In this document: positions 25,835 through 33,544 of the stretch, in pieces | How positions within the stretch are numbered: the stretch's first letter is position 1 | How the letters are laid out: each line of letters begins with the position of its first letter | Assembly (NCBI GenBank): GCA_036260485.1 | Contig: DATAMR010000007.1 | Location: 691-64,690, forward strand | From: Solirubrobacterales bacterium | GTDB lineage: Bacteria; Actinomycetota; Thermoleophilia; Solirubrobacterales; 70-9 | Length of the DNA stretch: 64,000 nt | Direction: 5' to 3' | Program-made: the position numbers and the translations under genes | The notes under the pieces: model-generated | What the model was told of the DNA's origin: nothing | The model's input: the letters and a program-made list of their open reading frames with translations, nothing else | Database searches by the model: none

Positions 25835-25942
25835 CTAGCCTTGAACGCCGGCGTTGGCGGCGACGAGCACGGCGATGACGACCGCGATCAGCAGCGTGAG
25901 CAGAGCGGTCTTGACGGGTGCGGGTGGGGCGGAGCGGATCAT
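25835..25942 (-). CDS. Possible 35-aa single-TM peptide (possible 20th gene of the glycan operon)
   Basis: Below the ORF-track size cutoff. ATG 25942 gives MIRSAPPAPVKTALLTLLIAVVIAVLVAANAGVQG then TAG. GC3 is high. It starts 17 nt after the deacetylase stop, and no clear SD is present. Confidence 0.3.
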   Translation of the reverse strand: MIRSAPPAPVKTALLTLLIAVVIAVLVAANAGVQG

Positions 25943-25959
25943 GCATCGAAGGTAGCTCG

Positions 25960-26664
25960 CTAGGGCCGCGGTGCCTGTGCGAAAGAACACAGCTTGACAT
26001 CAGTCACATTGAGCAGGGTTTTCACACCCGGGTCGCAGAGCGTCGCCAGCTCGACCTGGCGCTCGCCGTCGTAGGAGGAAGTCGGGACCGGCCCGGCGGC
26101 GGGGTGGCAGCCGATCTCGGTCCAGCCCGGCGGCAGCGCTTCGATCAGCCCGGTCAGGCGCTCGGGCGCGATCCCCTCGGGGAACGGTTCGCCCTTGCCG
26201 CTCTGGCCGTAGAAGCCGCCCTCGTAGCGGACGGCGCGGTTGCGCAACGGTAGGCCGAGCTCGGCGGCGAGCGCCTCCGCCACGCCCTTCGCCGGCTCCG
26301 ATTCGTGCACGTGCTGGTGGGAGTCGAGGTGGGTCGGGCCGCGGCCGAGCAGGGCTCCGAAGCGCTCGAGCTGGGCCCGGCACTCGGCCTCGACCGCCGC
26401 GGCGTCGTCGGTGTCGCAGTGCAGGTAGGCCTGGATCCATTCGCCGCGCTCGTAGATCCACTCGCCGAGGTCGACGTGGAGGCCGACCGCCAGGTCGGGG
26501 TGCGCCGCCGCCTGCTCGGCCGCGGCGGGCGCGGCCTCCTGGCGCACCATCAGGCTGGCGCTGGTGACGATCCCTCGCTCGTGCGCGGCGAAGATCCCTT
26601 CATTGACGGCGGCGGAGAGCCCGAGGTCGTCGGCGTTGACGACGAGGAAACGATCTTCACCCAT
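25960..26664 (-). CDS. Glycan operon gene 19/19: ChbG/YdjC-family carbohydrate deacetylase
   Basis: ATG 26664 (MGEDRFLVVNADDLGLSAAVNEGI) plus later HVDLG and LDSHQHVH metal-site blocks. 1-nt overlap with the upstream stop. Confidence 0.8.
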   Translation of the reverse strand: MGEDRFLVVNADDLGLSAAVNEGIFAAHERGIVTSASLMVRQEAAPAAAEQAAAHPDLAVGLHVDLGEWIYERGEWIQAYLHCDTDDAAAVEAECRAQLERFGALLGRGPTHLDSHQHVHESEPAKGVAEALAAELGLPLRNRAVRYEGGFYGQSGKGEPFPEGIAPERLTGLIEALPPGWTEIGCHPAAGPVPTSSYDGERQVELATLCDPGVKTLLNVTDVKLCSFAQAPRP

Positions 26665-27647
26665 CAGAGCTCCAGGCCCTCGGCGAGCGCGAGCGCGTCG
26701 CCGAGCCAGTCGTGCCGCCGCTCCTCCGGCGGCTCCCACTCGGGCGGGGCCCAGCCGAGCCACTGGATCGCGACCCGCAGGCGGGCGCGGTCGAGGTCGC
26801 GCTCGTCGAATTTCGGCACCCCCGGCTCGGCCGCGTAGGCGGCGGCGATCGCCCGGCGGTCCGCGTCGGGCCAGCCGCTGACCAGCGCCGCCAGGTCGGT
26901 CAGGCCCGGACCGGCCGCCGCCAGCTCCCAGTCGACCGGCGCCACCCGCGGATCGGATTTCTGGCCCAGCGGGGTGTGGCCGAAGTCGGCTGCGACGAGC
27001 ACGTTGGAAGCGTAGAACTCGCCGTGGAGCGCGGTCCGGGGCAGGGCGAGGAGAGCTTCGACGACCTGCTCGTGGCGCGCGGCCAGCCACTCGACCGCCT
27101 GCGGGTCCGCGGCGAACTCGCGCGCTCGCTCCATCCAGCGGCGGTAGAAGGCGGCGTCGTGCTCGATCAGCGGCGCCTCGGAGCGGCAGCGGTCGAGCTC
27201 GGGCGCGAGGGCGACGTGGAAGCGGGCGAGCCAGCGCGCCGCCTCCTCCCACAGCTCCCTCTCCCCCACCTGGAAGAGCTCCCGCCCCTCGACCCACTCG
27301 ACGAAGAGCCAGCGCCGCCCCCCGTCCTCGACCGCGCCGAAGAACTCGGGCGGGCCGGCCGGCGCCCGCGGCAGCAGCGCCCGGTAGGCCGCCGGCTCCC
27401 GCGCTGGGTCGTGGAGGAAGCGGGGCTTGGCGAGCTGGGCGGCCGGCTCGAGCTCCTCCCAGCCGAGGCGCTTGAACGCGAGCCGCGCCGGCCCCCTCCC
27501 GCCCAGCTCCACCCGCAGCTCCTCGATCGGGAAGCTGGTCCGGTAGGGCGAGGGGCGTCGCTCCACCTCCCCCACCAGTTCCAGGCCCACGCTCGCCAGC
27601 GCCTGCTCCAGCCCGGCGCGCAGTTCGGCGTCGCTCGGCGCGTCCAT
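26664..27647 (-). CDS. Glycan operon gene 18/19: APH/choline-kinase-like phosphotransferase
   Basis: ATG 27647. The Brenner-like loop reads LHGEFYASNVLV (Glu where Asp is usual), followed by VDWELAAAG. Confidence 0.65.
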   Translation of the reverse strand: MDAPSDAELRAGLEQALASVGLELVGEVERRPSPYRTSFPIEELRVELGGRGPARLAFKRLGWEELEPAAQLAKPRFLHDPAREPAAYRALLPRAPAGPPEFFGAVEDGGRRWLFVEWVEGRELFQVGERELWEEAARWLARFHVALAPELDRCRSEAPLIEHDAAFYRRWMERAREFAADPQAVEWLAARHEQVVEALLALPRTALHGEFYASNVLVAADFGHTPLGQKSDPRVAPVDWELAAAGPGLTDLAALVSGWPDADRRAIAAAYAAEPGVPKFDERDLDRARLRVAIQWLGWAPPEWEPPEERRHDWLGDALALAEGLEL

Positions 27648-27649
27648 CG

Positions 27650-28795
27650 TCAGCCCAGCTCGGCGAGCGCGGCGCGGGTGGCCTCGATCACGCGCGCCTG
27701 CGAGGGCTCGTCGAGGTCGGCGAAGAGCGGCAGGCGGACCAGCCGCGCGCCGAGGTCTTCGGTCTGCTCCAGCGGGCCCTCGACCCGTCCGAAGCGCTCG
27801 CCGGCCGGGGAGCTGTGGAGGGGGACGAAGTGGAAGACGGCGGCGATCCCCTGCTCGCGCAGGCGCTCTATGAAGGCGCCACGGGCCGCCGCGCTCGGCA
27901 GCACCAGGTAATAGACGTGGCCGTTGTGGAGGCTGCCGGCAGGCGTCGCCGGCCGCTGCACCCGTCCCTCCTGCTCCAGATCGGCGAAGGCCTCGTGGTA
28001 GCGGTCCCAAATCGCCCGCCGCCGCGCCGTCACCTGCTCGGCCACCTCGAGCTGGGCGAGGAGGAAGGCGGCGGTCAGCTCGCCGGCGCCGAAGGAGGAG
28101 CCGACGTCGACCCAGGTGTAGCGGTCGACCTCGCCGCGCAGGAAGCGGGCGCGGTTCGTGCCCTTGTCCCAGATCACCTGCGCCCGCTCGGCCAGGGCGG
28201 GGTCGTTGACCAGGAGGACGCCGCCCTCGCCGCTGGTGACGTTCTTGGTCTCGTGGAAGCTGATCGCCCCGAGGTCGCCGATCGACCCCAGCGCACGGCC
28301 GTCCTGCTCGGCGAGGAGGCAGTGGGCGGCGTCCTCGATCAGCGTCGCCCCGCCGGCGCCGGCGATCGCGCCCAGCCGCTCCATCTCGCAGGCGACGCCG
28401 CCGTAGTGGACGGCGACGATCGCCTTGGTCCGCTCGCCCACCGCCGCCTCGACCCGCGCCGGGTCGATGTTCAAGGTCGCGGGGTCGACGTCGACGAAGA
28501 CCGGCGTCGCCCCCTGCCGGACCACCGAGGTCGCCATCGTCGGATAGCCGAAGGAGGGCATGATCGCCTCGTCCCCCGGCCCCAACCCGGCGAGCATCGC
28601 CGCCGCCTCCAGCGCCCCGGTGGCGGAGTGCGAGAGCAACGCCAGCGGCGATCCGGTCCGCTCCCGCAGCCACCCCTGGCAGCGCCGGGTGAACTCGCCG
28701 CCGCCGGCCAGCTCCCGCGCCTCGATCGCCTGCGCCAGGTACTCCAACTCGCGGCCGGAGACGAAGGGGCGGTTGAAGGGGATCGGCTCGCTCAC
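27650..28795 (-). CDS. Glycan operon gene 17/19: DegT/DnrJ/EryC1 (WecE-like) sugar aminotransferase
   Basis: GTG 28795 (VSEPIPFNRPFVSGRELEYL). PLP-lysine block ISFHETKNVTSGEGG. GTGA overlap with the upstream gene. Confidence 0.85.
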   Translation of the reverse strand: MSEPIPFNRPFVSGRELEYLAQAIEARELAGGGEFTRRCQGWLRERTGSPLALLSHSATGALEAAAMLAGLGPGDEAIMPSFGYPTMATSVVRQGATPVFVDVDPATLNIDPARVEAAVGERTKAIVAVHYGGVACEMERLGAIAGAGGATLIEDAAHCLLAEQDGRALGSIGDLGAISFHETKNVTSGEGGVLLVNDPALAERAQVIWDKGTNRARFLRGEVDRYTWVDVGSSFGAGELTAAFLLAQLEVAEQVTARRRAIWDRYHEAFADLEQEGRVQRPATPAGSLHNGHVYYLVLPSAAARGAFIERLREQGIAAVFHFVPLHSSPAGERFGRVEGPLEQTEDLGARLVRLPLFADLDEPSQARVIEATRAALAELG

Positions 28796-29943
28796 GCTTC
28801 CGTCCCGCCCTTCTCCGGCACCGCGAGCCGCTCCAGCAATCGGCCCAGGACCTTGCGGGAGTCGAGGTGCCCCTCGGCCAGCTCGCGGGCGGCGCGGCCG
28901 TGTCGGAGGAGGTCGGATTCGACCGCGGCGACCGCCGCGGTCGCCTCCTCGGTGTCCGCGAACGCCAGCAGCCCCTCGCCGACCGGCAGCGAATCGCCGA
29001 AGCCGGTGTCCTGGGCGACCACAGGCCGGCCGCTCGCCACGTAGGCGGCACTGCGATCGCTGAACCAGCCGCTGCGCGAGGCGACGTAGCCGCTCTTGGC
29101 GACGCTCAACTCGGCCTTCGAACCCCGGACGAAATCGGCGTAGGCGGCCGGGGTCGCCGCGACCTCGGCCGGGTCGAGCAGCCCCCAGCCGTTCTCGCGC
29201 AGGGCGCGCAGATCGTCGACCTCGTCGGGATGGATGCCAAGCGCCAGCTCGAACCGCGCCGGGCTGCGCCGCGGCAGCTCGACCAGCTCGCGCAGCGAGT
29301 GCGCCCGCTGGCCGTAGCGGACGCCCCCGTGCTCGATCGAGCCGTAGCTGCGCCAGTGGCCGACGCTGGTGAAGGCGTCGCGCGCAGGGGCACTCGTCGC
29401 CGCCGGCCAGTGCGCGAGCGCGACCGGCGGCAGGGTCGGGATCCAGGTGCGTCCGAGGGTCGGGATCGGGCAATCCTCGGCCCCGATGCGGACGCCGACC
29501 GTGACGCAGTGGGTGTGGCGGTCGAATCCCATCTCGGTCCCGGTCGCCTGCCAAACCTGGTTGAAGCCCGGGTCGAGGTCGAGGAAGGCGCGCACCGGCA
29601 CGGCCTCCAGCAGCCGCTCGTCGCCCAGCATCCCGGAGACGTTCAGCAGCAGGTCGGCGCCGCGGGCGAACTCGAGCAGGCGCGGGTAGGCGACTCCGAC
29701 CGTCTCCTCGCCGCCCTCGCCAAGCAGCGCGGCGCGGCCCGCGGGCAGCGGCAGCGACTCGAAGTAGGCGACCACCGCACCGCCAGGCTCGAGCGCCGCC
29801 GCCGGAACCGGCTCGACCAGCATCACCTCGTGGCCCAGCTCTTCGAGCCCGGCCAGGTACTGCAGCACCGCCCAGCTGGCGCCGCCCTGATGCGGGTCGC
29901 CGGCGACCATGCCGCTGAGCAGGATTCGCAGCCGTTCGCTCAC
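28792..29943 (-). CDS. Glycan operon gene 16/19: CgeB-like GT-B putative glycosyltransferase, paralog 1
   Basis: GTG 29943. GGASWAVLQYLAGLEELGHEV, DLDPGFNQVW, GWFSDRSAAYVASGRPVVAQDTGF...LPVGEGLLAF. GTGA overlap. Confidence 0.6.
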   Translation of the reverse strand: MSERLRILLSGMVAGDPHQGGASWAVLQYLAGLEELGHEVMLVEPVPAAALEPGGAVVAYFESLPLPAGRAALLGEGGEETVGVAYPRLLEFARGADLLLNVSGMLGDERLLEAVPVRAFLDLDPGFNQVWQATGTEMGFDRHTHCVTVGVRIGAEDCPIPTLGRTWIPTLPPVALAHWPAATSAPARDAFTSVGHWRSYGSIEHGGVRYGQRAHSLRELVELPRRSPARFELALGIHPDEVDDLRALRENGWGLLDPAEVAATPAAYADFVRGSKAELSVAKSGYVASRSGWFSDRSAAYVASGRPVVAQDTGFGDSLPVGEGLLAFADTEEATAAVAAVESDLLRHGRAARELAEGHLDSRKVLGRLLERLAVPEKGGTEA

Positions 29944-32231
29944 GGCGTCACCCGCAGGGCGACCTGCATCAGGTCGCGGTCGGCGGTCATCCGGCAGCCG
30001 TCGTAGCGGAACTGCGTGTAGTAGAGGTAGGGATGAGCGCCGCTGGTGGCATAGGTCCGCGAGGCGCTTTCCGGGTCGATCACCGAGGGATAGGAGAGCG
30101 GCGAGGGTCCCCCACAGCGGTAGTTGTGCGTGGTCACCGCGCGGGTGACTAGCGTGCGCTCGCTCCAGTGGACGAGGTCGGCGGACGTGGAGAAGTAGAC
30201 CCCCCGGACCTTCGGCCCGACGCTGCCGGGACCGGGCGGCGCGAGACCGACGAGCAGGTAGCGGCCGAGGACGGTGCTGTAGGTGAGGCTCTCGGCCATC
30301 TCGGCGATCTGCCCCTTGCCGACCGGCTGACAGGGAGCGTGGCGCCGCGGGCGCGAGCGATACGGATCGGTGAAGCGGCCAAAGAAACCGGCCCCGTTCC
30401 AGGCCCGCCAGCCGCCCGGACGGGCGATCGCGCGGGTGCGAATAAGACAGGTGCCCCGGCGGCCGCCGGGGTCGCGGACCCGGACCAGGGCGTACTTGAA
30501 GCCGTCGGCACCGACGACGACGTTGCTCGGGGTGAAGACCCCGGCGGGGCCGCGTTCGGGGCGGTAGCGGTAAGGCGCCGAGGCGACCAGGTTGCCGGGC
30601 GGCGTCGCCACCGGGCGGTAGCTGCGGCCGCCGTCGTCGGAGCGGGCGAGGGTGATCGCGTTGTACCAGCAGCGGATGTAGCGCCGACTCGGGCAGCGGC
30701 CTCGGTGGCGGTTGCCCTGGTACTCGTCGTGGACCAGGGCCCAGACGGTCCTGCCGTCGGCGGTGAAGAGCGAGCCGATCCACTCGCGGTCGGCGAACCG
30801 CCGCGGCGCGGCGTCGCGGTGGGAGCGCATCACCGAGCTGCAGTCGAGTTCGAGGTCTTCCAGCGAGGGGCCCGTGAGCCGGAAGTTCTCGAAGTGGGAG
30901 AGCAGCAGCTGGGTGCGGCCTTCGAAGTCGCGGAAGGCGCGCGCCGGCAGGTCGGGGTAGTTCATCGTCTCGCAGGCTTCGTCGCCCCAGTCGAAGACCG
31001 ACTGCGGCTTGCCGACGACTTCGACCCGCGGCGCCGGCCCCGCCGCCTTCGCCTTGGCCGCGCCGCCGCAGAGCGCGAGCGCAACCAGCAGCAGCGGCAG
31101 GACGCGTTCGAGCACGTGGGTGAGGACCCGGTCGGAGTCGAGCCGCTCGGCGGCGAGCTCGCGAGCCGCGCGCGAGTGCTCCTCCCAATCCGCCGCGATC
31201 TCCTCGGCGCCGGCGACCGCGGCGTCGAGGTCGTCGAAGGCGACCGCGCCGGGGCGCTTTCCCGTCCCAGAGGGACGCAAAAGCGCCCCGCAGCCGGTGT
31301 CCTGGATGAGGGCGGGACGGGCGCTCGCGAGGTAGGTGGCGGTGCGGTCGCTGAACCAGCCCGTGGCGGCTTCGACGTAGACCCCTTGGGCGACCGAAAA
31401 CTCGGCGCCCGAGCCGCGCACGTAGTCGCGGAACGCGGCGGGGGTTCCGGCGGCGGCGCGGGGGTCGACGACGTCCCAGCCGTTGGAGCGCAGCAGCTCG
31501 AGGTCGGCGGCGTCGCCGGGGTGGATGTCGAGGGCGATCTCGAACTTCGCTCCCGGCGCCAGCCGCGGCAGCTCGGCGAAGCGGCGGAACTGGTGGTGCT
31601 TCAGGCCCATCGTCCGCCCGCCGATCGCGAGCCCGCCGTACGGGCTGCGCCAGGTCGCGACCGTGGTGAAGCGCGGCGGACCGGACGGCGTCGACGCCGG
31701 CGCCCACTCCTCCAGCAGCACCGGCGGCAGGGTCGGCGCCCAATCGATCCCGCCGGTCGGGATCGGGCAGCCGGGCTTGCCGATGTTCTGCCCAACGGTC
31801 AGGTAGCGGTCGTAGCCGGCGACGCTGAACTCGACCGCGGGGTCGTCGTGCCAGACCTGGGTGAAGCCGGGGTCGAGGTCGACGTAGACGCGGGTGTCTG
31901 CCGCCGCCGCGAGGGGCCCGCCGCCGAGGTGGCCGCTGATGTCGAAGAGCACCTCGGCCCCACCGGCCAGACGGGCGAGCTCCTCCTCGCCGGCGCCGAC
32001 CAGCGGCTCGCCCCCCGCGCCGAGCAGGGCCACCCTCCCCTCCAGGCCGAATTCGCCCGTCACCTGCTCGAAGTACGCCACGCCCTCCGGCTCGGCGCCC
32101 GGCAGGCGCTCGACGAACCAGACGTCCCAGCCGAGCCGGCGCAGCCCCAGCACCCAGGAGAGCCGCACCCAGGCCTCGCCGCCGCTGTGCGGCTTGTTGG
32201 CGAGCGCCCCGGCGACGACGGCGGTGGCCAT
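29940..32231 (-). CDS. Glycan operon gene 15/19: CgeB-like paralog 2 fused through a hydrophobic segment to a Cys-rich extracytoplasmic propeller-like domain
   Basis: ATG 32231. Residues 1-375 align with the paralog family. Residues 377-390 (LPLLLVALALCGG) are followed by AKAKA, then about 370 aa with 10 Cys and an Asp-box-like ARSDDGGRSY. Confidence 0.65.
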   Translation of the reverse strand: MATAVVAGALANKPHSGGEAWVRLSWVLGLRRLGWDVWFVERLPGAEPEGVAYFEQVTGEFGLEGRVALLGAGGEPLVGAGEEELARLAGGAEVLFDISGHLGGGPLAAAADTRVYVDLDPGFTQVWHDDPAVEFSVAGYDRYLTVGQNIGKPGCPIPTGGIDWAPTLPPVLLEEWAPASTPSGPPRFTTVATWRSPYGGLAIGGRTMGLKHHQFRRFAELPRLAPGAKFEIALDIHPGDAADLELLRSNGWDVVDPRAAAGTPAAFRDYVRGSGAEFSVAQGVYVEAATGWFSDRTATYLASARPALIQDTGCGALLRPSGTGKRPGAVAFDDLDAAVAGAEEIAADWEEHSRAARELAAERLDSDRVLTHVLERVLPLLLVALALCGGAAKAKAAGPAPRVEVVGKPQSVFDWGDEACETMNYPDLPARAFRDFEGRTQLLLSHFENFRLTGPSLEDLELDCSSVMRSHRDAAPRRFADREWIGSLFTADGRTVWALVHDEYQGNRHRGRCPSRRYIRCWYNAITLARSDDGGRSYRPVATPPGNLVASAPYRYRPERGPAGVFTPSNVVVGADGFKYALVRVRDPGGRRGTCLIRTRAIARPGGWRAWNGAGFFGRFTDPYRSRPRRHAPCQPVGKGQIAEMAESLTYSTVLGRYLLVGLAPPGPGSVGPKVRGVYFSTSADLVHWSERTLVTRAVTTHNYRCGGPSPLSYPSVIDPESASRTYATSGAHPYLYYTQFRYDGCRMTADRDLMQVALRVTP

Positions 32232-32234
32232 CGC

Positions 32235-33530
32235 CTAGGAGGGCAACGGGCGCCGCCGCGCTCCCGGTACCCGCGGCAGGAGGCGGGGGCTGTGCCGAGC
32301 CAGGATCGCGGTTTCGCGCAGCGCCCTGCCCCGTTCTCCGTCGCGCAGCGACCGGCCGATCTGGGCGACCAGCAGCTCGCCGTAGTACTGCTTCCAGAAC
32401 CGGCGCGCAGCTCTGTAGGACGCCTTCAGCTCCGGGGTCTCGCGGGCGTAGGGCCGCTGGCGGCGGACCGCGGCCAGGCTCTGCACCAGCATCCGCCCCG
32501 CGTCGCCGCTGGAGTTGCCGCCGTGGGTGCGGTGCTCGGCGATCAGCTCGCCGTGGCTCCAGAACGGGAACTGGCGGGCGATTTCGAGGTTGAGGCCGAA
32601 ATCGGCGGTCTCCTCGAGCTTCGGGTCGAAGCCCTCGACGTGCTCGAACACCGCCCGCCGGTAGATCGAGCGGGCCGGGAATCCCGCCCAGTTTTCGGTC
32701 AGCAGGCGGGCGTAGTGGTCGCGGCGCACGACCGGCTGCTCGAAGGTCTCGATCGGGGCGCCGTCCTGGGCGATCCGCCGGAAGTGGCCGGCGGCGGCGG
32801 CGGCCTCGGGGTGCTCCCTCAGCTCGGCGAGGCCGGTCTCGATCGCCCGCGGCAGCAGCCGGTCGTCGGCGTCGAGGAAGACGAGGAAGTCGCCGCCCGT
32901 GTTGCGGATGCCGAAGTTCCGTGCCCCCGCCATGCCGCGGTTCTCGCAGCGCAGGCAGCGCACCCCCGGGTAGCGAGCGGCGATCTGCGAGGCGTTGTCG
33001 CCGGATTCGTCGTCGACGACGAGGACCTCCAGGTGCGGGTAGGACTGGGCCAGGACGCTCTCGATCGCCTCGCCCAGATAGTGGGCCTGGCCGTAGCAGG
33101 GGATCACGACCGAGACCAGTTCGGCGAACTCGCCGGCCCGGTCGCGGCGCCAGGTGTGGCGGCCGCGGACGACCCCGAACGGCACCCGCTGCTGGCCCTT
33201 CAGCACCGCCGCGAGCTCGATCTCGAACTCCTGCGGGGTCCCGACCAGGTTGATCGTCGTCCGGAAACCGGACCGGCCGGCATCGGGGTACTCGGGAAAG
33301 GCCTTGGCGAGGTCGGGACGCTCGGCCCTCACCGCCGCGCGCCAGAAGGGCTTGCCGTCGATCAGAAACTCGACCGCGACCACCCGGGTCTCCTCGCCGA
33401 GCGCCCAGCCGAGCAGGTCCACCGCCTGGGCGTCGAGGGTCGCCCCCGCCTTCGGCTCGTCGACGAAGGCGCCGTGCAGCTGCGCCGGGGGCGAGACCGA
33501 GACGTCGAGGAATTCAACCAGTGCGCCCAT
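32235..33530 (-). CDS. Glycan operon gene 14/19: module A + GT2 glycosyltransferase
   Basis: ATG 33530 with a GGGAGGA SD. SVVIPCYGQAHYLGEAIESVLAQ ... VVDDESGD ... FLDADD. Confidence 0.8.
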   Translation of the reverse strand: MGALVEFLDVSVSPPAQLHGAFVDEPKAGATLDAQAVDLLGWALGEETRVVAVEFLIDGKPFWRAAVRAERPDLAKAFPEYPDAGRSGFRTTINLVGTPQEFEIELAAVLKGQQRVPFGVVRGRHTWRRDRAGEFAELVSVVIPCYGQAHYLGEAIESVLAQSYPHLEVLVVDDESGDNASQIAARYPGVRCLRCENRGMAGARNFGIRNTGGDFLVFLDADDRLLPRAIETGLAELREHPEAAAAAGHFRRIAQDGAPIETFEQPVVRRDHYARLLTENWAGFPARSIYRRAVFEHVEGFDPKLEETADFGLNLEIARQFPFWSHGELIAEHRTHGGNSSGDAGRMLVQSLAAVRRQRPYARETPELKASYRAARRFWKQYYGELLVAQIGRSLRDGERGRALRETAILARHSPRLLPRVPGARRRPLPS

Positions 33531-33544
33531 CGCCCGATCCTCCC

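Noticed and set aside
25806-26000. 64-aa ORF in the gap after the glycan operon.
   Set aside because: The translation is Arg-rich (…RGRHRRARRRQRRRSR…). A different frame gives a clean 35-aa TM peptide with coding-like GC3, which I list instead at low confidence.
31062-31103. Lipoprotein lipobox at LALC in the fusion protein 29940..32231.
   Set aside because: The -1 position is Leu rather than Gly/Ala/Ser. An AxA (AKA) signal-peptidase I site, or a simple TM anchor, fits better.
28792-31743. N-terminal extensions of the operon ORFs as listed in the track, for example 983 aa for 28792..31743, 1290 aa for 48990..52862 and 929 aa for 36411..39200.
   Set aside because: The extensions are out-of-frame read-through across the upstream gene and are Arg/Pro-rich. 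In each case an internal ATG/GTG/TTG coincides with the stop of the upstream gene (ATGA/GTGA/TTGA), often with a GGAGG-type SD, and the recognisable domain begins there.
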